Below are positions 16,499 through 31,564 of a stretch of DNA of 64,000 nt, piece after piece. The stretch is from Octopus vulgaris (Eukaryota). Within the stretch, counting starts at the first letter, position 1, and every line of letters starts with the position of its first letter. Position numbers and translations under genes: made by a program. The notes under the pieces were generated by a model. That model saw nothing but the letters and a program-made list of their open reading frames with translations. It was not told where the DNA came from and made no database searches. Location of the stretch: assembly GCA_951406725.2 (NCBI GenBank), contig OX597816.1, positions 28,520,001 through 28,584,000 on the forward strand, given 5' to 3'.

Positions 16499-17023
16499 CA
16501 CTTCATCGCGCAAAAGAAATAACCACACATATATACTCAGTAATATTCAAACATTTTTACCGATGTTTTCTGATATCTTTATATTACCAAATTTATTCAT
16601 TTTAAGAACGTATGTAATTTCGAACAAGTTTATATTTCCACCATTACGTAAGTCCTATAAATCGTAATTTCAATCACCATCATAAGTTTTGTGCAAATTC
16701 TATAGAAAGTGTTGTAAATCAAAGAACAGTCGACTCGAAGCACCTATTCAGCGATATTCATAATCTAAATTAATTGCTGCAGTTATTGTAATGTAATTGT
16801 GAATTCCAGTTTTTCCACATCTCTTGTCTTCATTTATTTACGTAATGTATAAGAATGTCGTGAAAATACCGGCATACAAAATAAATCGTTTGGTCATAAG
16901 TGTTTATGAATTTGGTGAGCGATTTGTTTTCGTTATATACCATAGCAAATCGTTATATACCATAGATAAATCGGGGTTTATATCTTAATTGTAAGTACTG
17001 ACACTATTAAATCTTATATATGT

Positions 17024-17057
<34 letters not shown>

Positions 17058-17085
17058 CTGCTTGGTTGTGCCATTTATTTACTTT

Positions 17086-17171
<86 letters not shown>

Positions 17172-17226
17172 TGTGTGTGTGTGCATATATATAACGTTTA
17201 ATAGTTTCTGTAGTATATATATATAT

Positions 17227-17281
<55 letters not shown>

Positions 17282-17748
17282 GATTAAATTCAAAGTCGAT
17301 GTCTAATTAACGATTAACTCTGCAGTGATTGACGAATGCTCACATCTAAATGCATAATTATACCAACGCATAGAACCACACACGCAATCAGAAGCGTATG
17401 CAACACGTGTGCGTGAGTGCGTTTATGGGTGTGCGTTGCAAAAATTCATATCAAGTATGATATATTTACACCAGTATGCACGTATTCTGCGATGCGTAAA
17501 CTCATGAAGAATTGTGCTGATGCTATTCATAATAAAGAAGATAGTTATGAGGATTTATCCTAATGTATCAATACAAGTGCTTCTAGAAAGGCATATACAA
17601 TGAAAAGCAGAATTTTACACAGATATACTCCACACAGATATACATACACTTGCACACACTTGCACATATATACATGAATACACACATTAAAGACAGAGAG
17701 AAAGAGAGGAGTAAAAGCGATGCAAATAGGTATAGGGATGTACGCATA

Positions 17749-17796
<48 letters not shown>

Positions 17797-18040
17797 CATA
17801 CATGTATACACACACACAAACACACACGCATTCACACAGACACACGCACATATATCTGTATATATATATACTTACGTGTGCTTGTGCGCATGTCTATAAA
17901 CGTGTGTATATACATGCGTATATATATATGCGTGAGTGTGTAGTATGTGTGTGAGTATGTGCACACAGGTACGCGTGTGTGCACACAGGTACGCGCGTGT
18001 GCGTGTGTATGTATATGCATACACATCCAGGCGCGTACAC

Positions 18041-18135
<95 letters not shown>

Positions 18136-18714
18136 CACACGCACCTGTATATAATAAAGCAATACATGTTGTTATAAGAAAGCTATTTCAAAAAGGATGT
18201 CGAAAATTACTTTAGAAAGTAAAAGGTTTGTCGATAATGGTAATACTGATGATAAGATGATGACGATGATGATGATGAGGAGGAGGAGGAAGAGGTGGAT
18301 GGTAGTGGTGATGCTGGTGGCTATGAAGATCGAATTCATATTACTGACATTGAAGAGAAGGCTGAGGTGTTCAGTAACGAAGTTTTATAATATTTAGCAT
18401 CAATGATAATGGCAAACACTATGACGTGATGCTAGTGGGTGGCACGCATTCATTATAACCTGTTGAGCGTAGGAGTAGCGCCTCTCTCTCCCCAGCAGTT
18501 GAATCGATTCTATCGGGCGTACGAATGGAGCTTAACACCCACTCTGAAAAAATAAGTAAATAAATAGAAATAAAAAGATGTCGTCTCTCTCATAACGCGA
18601 GTCTACAGCGAGACGCCTTAGTTACTAGAATCCACTTCCCAGGTAATACAGACACGGAAATAACTTTATATAATGATACGCTAGATGAAAACCACATCTC
18701 TTATATTATACCAT

Positions 18715-18940
18715 TTACTTGTTTCAGTCATTAGACTGTTACCATGCTGGGGCACCGCTTTGAAGGATTTTTGTTCAAAGAATCGACCCTAGTACTTCTA
18801 TTTGTTTTGCAAGCCTTGTACTTATCCTTTCGAAACAGTTTTATTGAACTTATAAGTTAATGGGATGTAAACACACTAACAGCGGTTGTTCAACTATGGT
18901 GAGGGGGACAAACACACACGCATGCATATATATGTATGTG

Positions 18941-18971
<31 letters not shown>

Positions 18972-19200
18972 ATATATACATGTATATATATATGTATATA
19001 TATATATTTATATATATATATATATATGCACATATATATATATACATATACAAACACATACATATATACACAATGGGTTTCTTTCAGTCTCCGTCTACCA
19101 GATCCAGGTTTTGGTGGTTACTTGCCCAAGGCGCCGAACAGTGGACTTAACCGGGAACCATGCGTTTGGGAAGCAGACTTCTTACAACACACCCACGCCC
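18715..19200 (-). mobile_element. Diverged SINE family A copy
   Basis: Contains TTTACTTGTTTCAGTCAT, TTTCAGT..CCGTCTACCA and CTTGCCCAAGG. Confidence 0.75.
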
Positions 19201-20082
19201 GCACTAACAGATATACTTCGGGGGCGTGGTTTCCATAACCCCAAGACCGTATATTTGTGCCAAGGAAATAGACAATATCATGAGAGCAAGGTGTTTTCTC
19301 CGGCACACTAGTGATTGTGCCACCCTCAACAGTCATTGATGAAGTCCTCCACAAATATCTAAAATTAACACCAAAACCTGTATCCGCCATTCTAACAAAC
19401 TTGCAATGGACCAATTACATCTGCCTTCAATCTGTTAGAAATAAAACCATAATCTCCCTGAAATTACGGTTTACTATCTTAACAAATTTAGAAAGGAACT
19501 GTCACACAGAAAGAATTATTATTCCCTGACATACATGGTAATCATGGCCTGACGATCGATGGTCATTGGTCTTACACACTCAGAGATAGCTTGGTTGATA
19601 ACTAATAGCAACAATCGTAAGGACAGAAGCAGCAGCAGCAGCCGCAGTGCAATGGAAGCGGCTACTTATCGTCTGTAGGGAAAATGGAAACGTTCGGAAT
19701 AATCTCTAGCAGGTAGTGCAATTTTTTTTAAAATATGAACTATTTATATAGCCATGATCTTACGAAGTGAGCTTTGCGTGAAGGTTATTTACATACAAAG
19801 AATTTATCAGGGAAACTTATCTGATAACCAGTATCACTTACGTATCAGGACAACTCGGAGAAAAACACAATAATACTACGGACCTTTTCACTTTGTTAAA
19901 ATATATAATTTTGTAGCTAACATTAATTTATAACATTGGCAGACATCTTGGCGGACCAGCAATGTTGTTCCTTTAATGGTCACTACATAATTATAAAAGT
20001 TATTGAGGTTGACAGTAGTGTATATCTTAGTGAACACGGACATTTGAACACGTTCGTGCAATACAAACATACATGCATCCAT

Positions 20083-20174
<92 letters not shown>

Positions 20175-20189
20175 CAAATTAACTTTTTT

Positions 20190-20550
20190 GTCATCACTGA
20201 CTTGCTTCATCCGTTAGACTGCAGCCAAGCAAGGGAACAGCCTTGAAGATTTTTGCTCGAACGATTAGACCCCAGACCTTATTTTATTATTTTTTTGTGC
20301 CGTGTGGTACATGTGTCACCGATATTCTTTGTCGAACACATGTTATAATGTTATAAGCAAACCAACATCTGTTGTCATAGACACATACACACCCAGGCAC
20401 ACACACGAACACGCATGTCCATATATGTATATATATAACGAGCGTCTTTCAGTTTCCACGTACTACACCCATTCACAAGGCTTTGGTCGGCCCGAAGGTG
20501 TAGTAGAAAACACATGCACAAGGTGTCATGCAGTCGGACACAACACGTAA
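20190..20550 (-). mobile_element. Old SINE family A copy
   Basis: Degenerate family A modules including TCACAAGGCTTTGGTCGGCCCG. Confidence 0.65.
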
Positions 20551-20645
20551 CCTGCGCGTGTTTATCAGCATGTATATGTGTATGTATATCTCCCCCTCTC
20601 TCGCTCTGTATATATATGTATATATATATATATATATATATAGCT

Positions 20646-20680
<35 letters not shown>

Positions 20681-20695
20681 GATAGATAGATAGAT

Positions 20696-20746
<51 letters not shown>

Positions 20747-21605
20747 AGCCCACATATACAAAAGACGGTGTTTTTGCCTTCTGCTGGGCATTGCTTCCAC
20801 CTCTGTTTGCGAAACAAATATTAATGTCGAGAATGCTGCAGAATTTACTCAAGCTGCCGGTTATGGCAGGCAAATCTTCAGCGGATCACTCAACCTAACG
20901 TATTAAAGCAGAAATCGTTGATATTCGTGGTCTTATAAAAAATAGATGAAATGATCTCAGCTTGAACACTTTTGATAATACGGTTTTCAAATAGAAGCTG
21001 AACAAACAATAAATCTTTATATACTTTACAGAAACATCAGCCTATAATAAAACATTGCCGCAACGTTAGGAAACAAAAAACAGACTATTACACAATAAAA
21101 TAAATAGCACAAAATATGAGGAAATTACATACATTACAATATATCGAAAACTAAGTGAACAAGTGCAAGACCAACATGAACTCCATAACAAAGCAAATGT
21201 AGTGTTCATGCACAATGCTTTATCCAGAATGACAATGAGGTACACACCTCCGCAATACGGAAGTACACCAGGTGGCGCTGAAGAAACCTGTATGGAAGTG
21301 TTGAAAATTTTTTGATAAAAGAACAAAAGACAAAAGCAGTAATAATGGTTTCCAATTTTTCGCGAAAATCATCAATTTCGAGGGGAGGGGGTGAAGTCGA
21401 TCACACGAGTCCAGTGTTCAACGGATCCAAAGGCAGAGTCGACCTCGGCGGAATCTGAACCACAAGAGTAATAACTTCGATATGCCTGATGTTGTTGGTT
21501 GGTCGTCGTGATGGTTGATATAATAATAATAATAATGATAATGATAAGACAGACGATACTTAAAATCATGGTAATATTACTGAATCTGTTCAGGTGTTGT
21601 GATGG

Positions 21606-21607
<2 letters not shown>

Positions 21608-21653
<46 letters not shown>

Positions 21654-21671
21654 CGATGATGATGATGATGT

Positions 21672-21719
<48 letters not shown>

Positions 21720-21740
21720 CGATGATGATGATGATGATGT

Positions 21741-21790
<50 letters not shown>

Positions 21791-21805
21791 TTGATGATGA
21801 TGATA

Positions 21806-21842
<37 letters not shown>

Positions 21843-21843
21843 C

Positions 21844-21917
<74 letters not shown>

Positions 21918-21918
21918 C

Positions 21919-21995
<77 letters not shown>

Positions 21996-22012
21996 GTGGT
22001 GATGACGATGAC

Positions 22013-22047
<35 letters not shown>

Positions 22048-22181
22048 CGGTGATGATAATGATGATGGTGATGATGATGATCATGATGACGACGACGAAA
22101 CGACGATTGTGATAACGACGACGACGACGACGACGACGATGACATCGATGATGATGATGGCTATGATTCTGGTGGTTGTGG

Positions 22182-22247
<66 letters not shown>
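21608..22247. repeat. (GAT)n trinucleotide array, about 640 bp
   Basis: Seen directly. It is the source of the poly-D/M/H/S ORFs. Confidence 0.97.
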
Positions 22248-22398
22248 CACGTGCATGTAGTAAAAATAAAAAAAGTTTTCCATTCCTAGATGATAGTCTT
22301 CACATTTTAATTTACGTCATAAGGTTTTGTACGTCAGAAAATTTTGATGGGTGAAAAAGTAAGACAGCAACAACGAGGGAACGATAAGGAGAGAGGCA

Positions 22399-22484
<86 letters not shown>

Positions 22485-22750
22485 GTGAGAGAGAGAGAGA
22501 GAAAGGAGATAGGGAAGCCAATATAGAGAAGATACTGTTTGCTGTTGTCACTACGGTACGTATAGCAGGGGAATACACTGCTGACAACTGATGCGCGCAT
22601 ATCTGTGTGTGCGTATGTGCGTGTGTGTGTGTATCTATGAACACGTACACACAGGCGATATAGATTTACATATATACTTCTACATCTCAATACACACACA
22701 CAGACACAGACTCCCATATATATACATATATATGCGTGTATGTGTATGTG

Positions 22751-23225
<475 letters not shown>

Positions 23226-23246
23226 ATATATATATAAATATATATA

Positions 23247-23401
23247 GGAGTGGCCGTGTGGTAAGTAGCTGGTTAACCTATCACATGGTTCCGGGTTCAG
23301 TCCCACTGCGTGGCACCTTGGGCAAGTGTCTTCAACACACCAGCATTGGTTGTCAAGCGATGTTGGGGGGTCAAACACGGACACACAAACATGTACACAC
23401 A

Positions 23402-23447
<46 letters not shown>

Positions 23448-23823
23448 ATAAATATATATACGACGGGGTTATTTCAGTTTCCGTCTACCAAATCCTTGTG
23501 AGTAGATTTGGTAGACGGAAACTGAAATAACCCCCGTCGTATATATATTTAAATATATATATGTGTGTGTGTGTATGTGTGTGTGTGTGTGTGTGAGTGT
23601 GTGTACATGTTTGTGTGTCTGTGTTTGACCCCCCAACATCGCTTGACAACCAATGCTGGTGTGTTTACGTCACCGTAACTTAGCGGTTCGGTTCCGCAAA
23701 AGAGCCCGAGAGAAAAAGTACTAGGCTTACAAAGAATGAGTCCTGGGGTCGATTTGCTCGACTAAAGGCGGTGCTCTAGCATGGCCTCAGTCAAATGACT
23801 GAAGCAAGTAAAAGAGTAAAGAG
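23247..23823 (+). mobile_element. SINE family A copy with internal inverted duplication (23334-23665)
   Basis: Head and tail are in + orientation. The middle is a palindrome centred near 23500. Confidence 0.9.
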
Positions 23824-23941
<118 letters not shown>

Positions 23942-24334
23942 GTACGTATATGTAGTTGTTCTGGTAGAAACGTTAGCATGTCGGGGATAATATATATATA
24001 TCTGTATGTATATGTAGTTGTTCTGGTAGAAACGTTAGCATGTCGGGGATAATGCTTAGCGGCTTTTCATCCGTCCTTACGGTCTTTGGGTTCAAGTACC
24101 ACGGAAGTCGACTTTGCATTTCATACTGTCGGGGTTAATAAAATAAATATCAGTGGGGCACTGTGGAAGTGGGGGAGGGGGATTTTCGAAATAGCTGGCC
24201 TTCTGCCAGAACTTGAAATCAACATAGTCGCACGAGACACACACATACACACACATACACAAACACACACACATATGGGTATATGGGTAGGCATATATAT
24301 AGGTCTGCATACTATGTGTATATATTCATACACG

Positions 24335-24371
<37 letters not shown>

Positions 24372-24579
24372 GCTCTTTCCGCTTTTTACTTGTTTCAATA
24401 ATTTGACTGCGGTCATGCTGGAGCACCGCCTTTAGTCGAGCAAATCGGCCCCAGGACTTATTCTTTGGAAGCCTAGTACTTATGATATCGGTCTCTTTTG
24501 CCGAACCGCTAAGTTACGGGGGCACCAGCATCGGTTGTCAAGCGATGTTTTGTGGACAAACACAGACACACAAACATTT

Positions 24580-24620
<41 letters not shown>

Positions 24621-24665
24621 ACTCTCAAGGCTTTGGTCGGCTTGAGGCTATAGTAGAAAACACTA
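24372..24665 (-). mobile_element. SINE family A copy, partial
   Basis: Reverse-complement family A tail and body. Confidence 0.85.
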
Positions 24666-25807
24666 TATATATAGTGAGAGAGAGACAGAGAGATGCAGAT
24701 ATAGAAATAGTTAGAGAAATATATAGCTCAATGAGTAGAAATAGAGAAGAAGAGAGAGAGAGGGAAAGAAAGAGAAAGAGAGAGAAAGTAAGAGAAAGAA
24801 AGAGAGAGAGGGGGTGCCTATGTGTGTGTGTGTTACATTCATGAATTTATATATATTCCCTTAGACAGAGGGAGAGAAATTATGCATCCTATACGCATCA
24901 TAATATCGCGTGCAGATAATTTGTAATTTAAATATAAACTACCATTGTTTTTGTTTAGCTGGAAGGAAAAGCGCAATGCCTTCCAACTCGTTAGAAAACC
25001 CCTGAGAGTATGAGAAGAGGTAGGTGAGAAGTTTGCTTGAAATAAAAACCTTTACTCGAATGCTTGCTTCAGTGTAGACTACGCTAAAGATAGCCGAGGT
25101 GTAAGATGGTGCTATGAAATAGGTCGAAATATTAAAGATACAACACCAGAAGGCCATGATTGAATTTGAACTCAGGACTCAAAGAGTCAAAACAAACATT
25201 GTAAGACACTTGCCCGATGTTCTCCACGGCATTCGGACAAATATCGGGGAGCATTCTGCCTGGCATTCCTAGTACTTGAGTTGTACTTCATTTTATCAGC
25301 CTTGAAGACGAGAGGCTCTAAGGCAATCTCTAGGATTTGAGCTTTGAGATGAAATACCGCAAGGTAGTTTGACCCATGTCTCAACGATTCTGCATATCTA
25401 CCACCCTGTTTTTTTCTAACCTAGGCACAAGACCAGAAAGTTTGTCGGGTTATTGTTGTTGTTGGCGGTGGTGGTGGTGGTGGTGGTGGTAGGGAAGATC
25501 AATCCGAAACATCGACCAAATTATTATTGATTTCTTTCAATTGTACCATAGGAAAAGAAAAGTTAAGTTGAATTCGACGCCATTTGCACTTTGAACTTTG
25601 GACTTGAAGAAGCGCAAGAAACACTGCCAGATAATATGACAAATCTACCAATTCAACTAGTAAGAACTGAAAAGTTGTACAGCTGCTGCTACTACTACTA
25701 CTACTACTACTATTTGGTACAAGTCAACACCCATTGATTCCGTGATAGTATTATCACCTTTGATCGCTAGCCACTAGTCTTCTATACAATGCCATAGTGG
25801 AAATACC

Positions 25808-26039
25808 TATTTCTTTATTACCCACAAGGGCCTAAACACAGAGAGGACAAACAAGGACAGACATAGGTATTAAGTCGATTACATCGACCCCAGTGCGTAA
25901 CTGGTACTTAATTTATCGACCCCGAAAGGATGAAAGGCAAAGTCGACCTCGGCGGAATTCGAACTCACAACGTAACGCAGACGAAATACCGCTAAGCATT
26001 TCGCCCGGCGTGCTAACGTTTCTGCCAGCTCGCCGCCTT
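25808..26039 (-). mobile_element. SINE family B young copy with 7-bp TSD
   Basis: Near-identical to 8020-8257. The TSD AAATACC is at 25801-25807 and 26040-26046. Confidence 0.92.
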
Positions 26040-26579
26040 AAATACCACCGATCGCATTCCTCACTGGCAGTGAGTTATGGGCGCCTGGCGACTATCTCGG
26101 CGCAACATGTTAACGCTTGTACGAATATTGCTGCTCTGTCAAAGAAATGAGCTGTGGAAAAGAGAAAGTGACAAACGGCTTGTACACCTGCTTACCACCA
26201 AGTAAACGTTGATGGTGTTGCAGATTTAGGTCATGTTTATACATCATCAACCGCGGTAAGTATAGCTCTTTACTCAGCAGGCATTGACAGCAAACGGACC
26301 CCCTGATTAGTGGAACGCGTCTCTCCCAAACAACGAGGAAAGCTACAATTCTAGTCCTGTGTGATGGAAACGAGACTAGTTACGGTAGTAAAGCAATAAC
26401 ATATGACATTGATATTAGCAGTTATATATCCATTACTGAATTTCATTGCCTTCTGGAGAACGTATTTGAAAACCTGGGCTAAAATTGCACGATGTGGAGC
26501 CAGGTAAATTTGTATTAAGGATAATGGCTATGTTTTTAAATCATTCAATGATTTTGCTGCCATGTATTTGTTGTAAAGT

Positions 26580-27330
26580 ATCAGTAACAACTGTTACTGA
26601 TACCGATGTATACATTTCAATGATTGCAAAGAAATCATTGCTTTTTGACGATAATATCTGCTGAGTGAAAAAGAAAGGAGATGAATTATTCGATGTCACC
26701 TTGAGAAGCTATCACGGAACGAGGTTGGCCTCCGAGTCTTACATGTCCTTGAAAATGAAATACTAGACTCCAGTATATAGGACCGGTGGTCTAGGATAAG
26801 CAGTAGATAAGATTCGCTACACTATGGGTAAGAAAAAAAAATTAAAAGTTTTAATCAACTCAAGTTCAAATCTATAATTAGCGATACACTGAAAGAACTT
26901 AATTTCTTAAATATTTATATGAATCTTAATATAGGCGAATATAAACATTTTTATAAACCAAATGAGGATACCTCATACATCGACAAAGGTTATAATCATC
27001 CACCATCAATAACTAGACAATTAATTGGTTCGTGGGTGTCCAACATTCCTCTGTTGAAGCAATCTGATAAATGACAGTTTCATATTTCCTTGTGGCATTA
27101 AAAAGATCCAATTTTAAGAACAATACAGCTGATATGGAACCAAATGTAGATAGGCAAAATGAGGAATCATAGTAAAAAATTGTGATATAATCCTCTCTAC
27201 AGCATCAATGTGAATACAAACGCAGCTGAACGATGTCTGAAACTTAGGATAACCACTTGCTTCATACACATAAAAATCACAAGATTTTTAATAGAAACAC
27301 GGTTTAAAGTAGCTATGGCCGGCAGGATGT
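26580..27330 (+). pseudogene. Decayed Penelope-like (Naiad-type) reverse transcriptase
   Basis: Motifs AKKSLLF, LFDVTLRSYHG, YRTGGL (degenerate YRDDGL), NFLNIYMNL, YKPN, NHPPSI, YNPLYSINVNTN and HKIFNRNT, with many stops. Confidence 0.8.
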
Positions 27331-27541
27331 ATAAAATACTCCTAAATAAACTGGAGTATAATAGATAAGGGCTGCAAATATAAAGGATGAGGCCGCAGAC
27401 ACAATTTCTATATCAAATAGATATTAAACATAAATAATTCACAGGCAAAAAATGTAAACATCAGGGAAGAAACCTCCATTTCATGCGCTAAATCAATTTG
27501 AACTACAAAATTTCAAGCATGAAATCACGTCGAACTTACTA

Positions 27542-27683
<142 letters not shown>

Positions 27684-28684
27684 TACAAAGAATTAGGTTG
27701 GACATTAAACCGACCTGAACAACCAAGTTGGACGAATGGGCTTTCTTAAACCACGGCATCGTCTAAAAATATATATTCAAATCAGATAACATATTCAAAT
27801 CACACAAAATATATTCAAATGATAACCCTCCGATATTACAGGAGACATTCAATAATGTAATGCTGGTTCCCTTTGTTTGAAAAGTAACCAGAGGGTCGTG
27901 ATTGGAATATTTTAGAAAACAGTGGTACACACTAAACAGTTTGAAACAACATTCTAAAAATGAACCTGATATTCCAAATCAGTGGAAATGAAGACGAAGA
28001 TGATGATAATAATGTGAACAGTCGTGAACCAGTTACAAGAGCTGATTCTGATGTTGACATGTGACGCATTAATGTCCTTAATTCTCGTATTGATAGGGTT
28101 ATGCCTAGGGAATTGTCTATCTACAGCGACAGAATTACACAGTAAAAAGCACTGCTGTGCTTCTCTTATTGATCAGTGACAAGAAAATGTCTTTAGCGAA
28201 GTCTTGAAATATCCTTTCTTTTCGTTTCGGCCCTATTACAATTTAGATGAATATAGCAGATAACATAAACCTCAATATAATAAGAGAGCGATGAAGAAAA
28301 AGATTGTTTTAGTTTGATTGCTGGTCAAGCGGTTTAACATAGATAGAAATATAATATGTTCCTATGTAAAGGGCATCAGAAAAAAAAGATAACATTCATG
28401 ACACAATTACATTAGCAGATATTGCTGTAAGGACGAAATAGAAGTTAGTCATTGATAACACGAACAATGTTAGTAATATTAATTAATAGTGAGAAACATG
28501 AGGACTAATATAAGCACGACTAAAAATAGCTCGGTAGGTATGATAAGCGAGTCGTAATTAGACAACACATAAATACTGCACGTATAGAAGATAAAAAGTA
28601 ATCGATATGTGTATGTAAATGTGTATATATGGATGTATGTAGGTCTGTATGTAACATGTATGATTCCATGCATGTCTGCATAAT

Positions 28685-28777
<93 letters not shown>

Positions 28778-29120
28778 TCATGTGTGTATGTGTGTCTATA
28801 TGTGTGTGAGTGTGTACGTGTGTGTCTAGTTTACTTTTTCGTTAAGGTAAGAAGAAAAGTACTCCATACAATGACAGATAAATGTTATTTAATGTACACA
28901 GTATGCACTTATGAACTACTGGTAGTTTCATGCATGGGAGATGTAGTCTAGGCAAAATTGAATAACAAAGAATCGCATAGTCGATGCGCTCAAACCGAGT
29001 GTTTGGAGACACTAAGGGTGTTACTGAAACTTGCCTACAATATATCTTTCATTTATAAACTATTAGAAGTGCGTAACGGTATACTGTATGTCTTCACACA
29101 TACACACACACACACATCTA

Positions 29121-29254
<134 letters not shown>

Positions 29255-29330
29255 TAAAAACGGTAAGATAACAAAAGAAAGAAAGAGACCTCAATATTAT
29301 GTAAATAGAGGAAATTTTTCTATAAAATAA

Positions 29331-29397
29331 TGTTACAATTACTCAATATTTAAGATAAAACTCAGAGTTTTATCTTGACTATTGAGTAATTGTAACA
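29331..29397. repeat. Near-perfect 67-bp palindrome
   Basis: TGTTACAATTACTCAATA.TTT.AAGATAAAACTC-A-GAGTTTTATCTT.GAC.TATTGAGTAATTGTAACA. Confidence 0.92.
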
Positions 29398-29415
29398 TAT
29401 TATCTTATATATATA

Positions 29416-29479
<64 letters not shown>

Positions 29480-29486
<7 letters not shown>

Positions 29487-29680
29487 ACCCCCAAAAAACG
29501 AAGAAGAAACACAAAATAACAACACGAGAACATGGTTACTGTAAAGCCTTAACAGACGCTCAGGGAAGGAAAGAAAGGTGAATCAACGTTTCGAGCAAAG
29601 CCCTTCTTCAGAAACAGAGCGAGGTCCAATGGGAATGGGAGACGGAGGAAAAAAAAACCGCCAACGTTTCATATGTGGTC
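29480..29680 (-). mobile_element. Penelope-like pseudo-LTR relic with hammerhead core
   Basis: The minus strand reads CTGAAGA-A-GGGC-TTT-GCTC-GAAACGTT...AGCGTC. It lies between TA arrays. Confidence 0.62.
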
Positions 29681-30426
29681 ACATTTACGCATAAATATAT
29701 ATATATATATATATATGTATATACGCACAATTTTTATTTGTTTTATTTGTGGATTAAAAATTCTACTACTGGCTTCATGCCAAGAGAAATTTCTCAACAA
29801 GTACCAAGCCTGCTGCATGGAACGATGTTACATATCTTCATCTTGGATAAGAATGTGCGAAGCTACGCAAGTCTGTATGGGATTTTTGAATAAATAATTA
29901 AATACACAGATCATGGGAAGTAAAGTCTAGGCACCAATTCCTATTTAGAAATTTCAAAATTGACCACAACACCACCACCACCACCACCGCCACTTTGCTA
30001 TCCATCCAACCTAGAGAAATGTTTTTTTTACTCTTGATATGAATCACATGGATTACATGAACGTTATCCATAAAAGAAAAATGTTCCTATAAACTTATAT
30101 TGGATGACTTCAAAGCACAGATATACGAGCATTGCAGATATTCATGACATCCCGATTTAGGGAATAAAAGCTCACACAATCTTCCGTGAATTTACAACTT
30201 CGTGGACCATGGTAGGCATCAAATAAGGCAAACCTTGAATATTATGGGCATATATTCAAACACGAACAAAACACAGTGTAGATATATGGAATGTATGTGT
30301 TTATGTATATATGTATATATGTATGTGTATATGAATGTTCATTTATATATATATATATAGATAGATAGATATAGATATATATATATGTGTGTGTGTGTGT
30401 ATACGTATAGAATATATATGTACATG

Positions 30427-30460
<34 letters not shown>

Positions 30461-30599
30461 CACGCATAATGGTATGTATGTTCATGTGTAAATGTTTTTT
30501 GTTCAGTGTTTGTCTGTGAGTGTGTGTTAGCGTGTGCGCATATTTTACATGGATGTGCGTGTGCACCTACAAATGCACTTATTGTTTAATTTATAAATT

Positions 30600-31500
30600 T
30601 CAACGTGCATGAACATTCCCATTTGAAATGATTAGGGAATTTATCAACTCATGATGAACGTAAGTCTTAGTTCAAATCAACTTAGCTGATAGTGAAAGTG
30701 TCTTCTTACAAGGATTGTTGTCTTAATACCAGTGAGACAGCGAGCAGAATTTTCTTATCCTCAAATCTCGTACAACCTCGTATAGCTTGGCGTATTCTCA
30801 TCCAAGATTCAGACAAGCACCATCATTTTATGTGGCAGGGGATAAATTTGTCTGCATGAAACCAGTGGTAGCCTTGTTAACCCACAAATAAATAATACTT
30901 ATCCATCAATGCTGTGGCAATTACTCATTCTTAGTTTGACTCAGCGCCAAACGACTTATTGTTTGTGGCGTGAAAGACGTGAAATATAAATCCATATCAT
31001 TAGATTTCGAAAGAGAAATAACCGCTTTGAGAGAAATTCCCGGTGGCTTCTATATACATGCCAGCTCAAGTTGTTTGGCATTAATGTTATGGAGGCCATA
31101 TATATGGAAGCCTTCTCGAATTTGTCTCAAGTCCTTTCATTTTCTTCCGAAATCTGATTAGATGGGTTTTTCTTACGCACCGACGCATCTTTAGGCATAT
31201 GGACCTGTCTCAAACTGTTATTAAATTTATATATGTAATTCCTACGGAATGTATTCGGTGCCATAGTCCTCATACCATATGTACTTCTAATATTCGTGCT
31301 AGCCTTTTTCATCTACTATAACAAAGTATCTACTATTCCAAAGACTTTACTTTCAACATTAGTTGAAATAGTACTGGATTCCTTTCGACAAGAATACAAG
31401 CATTATGCCTTTAGGTCCATCACATTCGCACAAAAATTTGCAGTTTTGAAACAATGCAACTGATCGTTAATTTCTGACGAAGGTTGCGTTTTGTTTGCTA
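30600..31500 (-). mobile_element. Possible highly decayed Tc1-like transposase relic
   Basis: Only a frameshifted FMQ(D)..PCH-like motif near 30830-30860. No TIRs were found. Confidence 0.3.
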
Positions 31501-31564
31501 CTTTAAAATATGCACAGGTAAGTCTCGATGAACTTATAGTGTATTACTTTGGAAATAGCTATAT

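Noticed and set aside
19240-19550. Coding-like segment VIVPPSTVIDEVLHKYLKLTPKPVSAIL
   Set aside because: It is probably a TE fragment, but there is no diagnostic motif or splice context to classify it.
21372-22354. Long poly-S/H/D/M ORFs
   Set aside because: They arise from the (GAT)n array and are open in multiple frames on both strands.
26207-26251. Hairpin GTTGATGGTGT/ACATCATCAAC
   Set aside because: It has only 11 bp of good pairing and is too short for a pre-miRNA.
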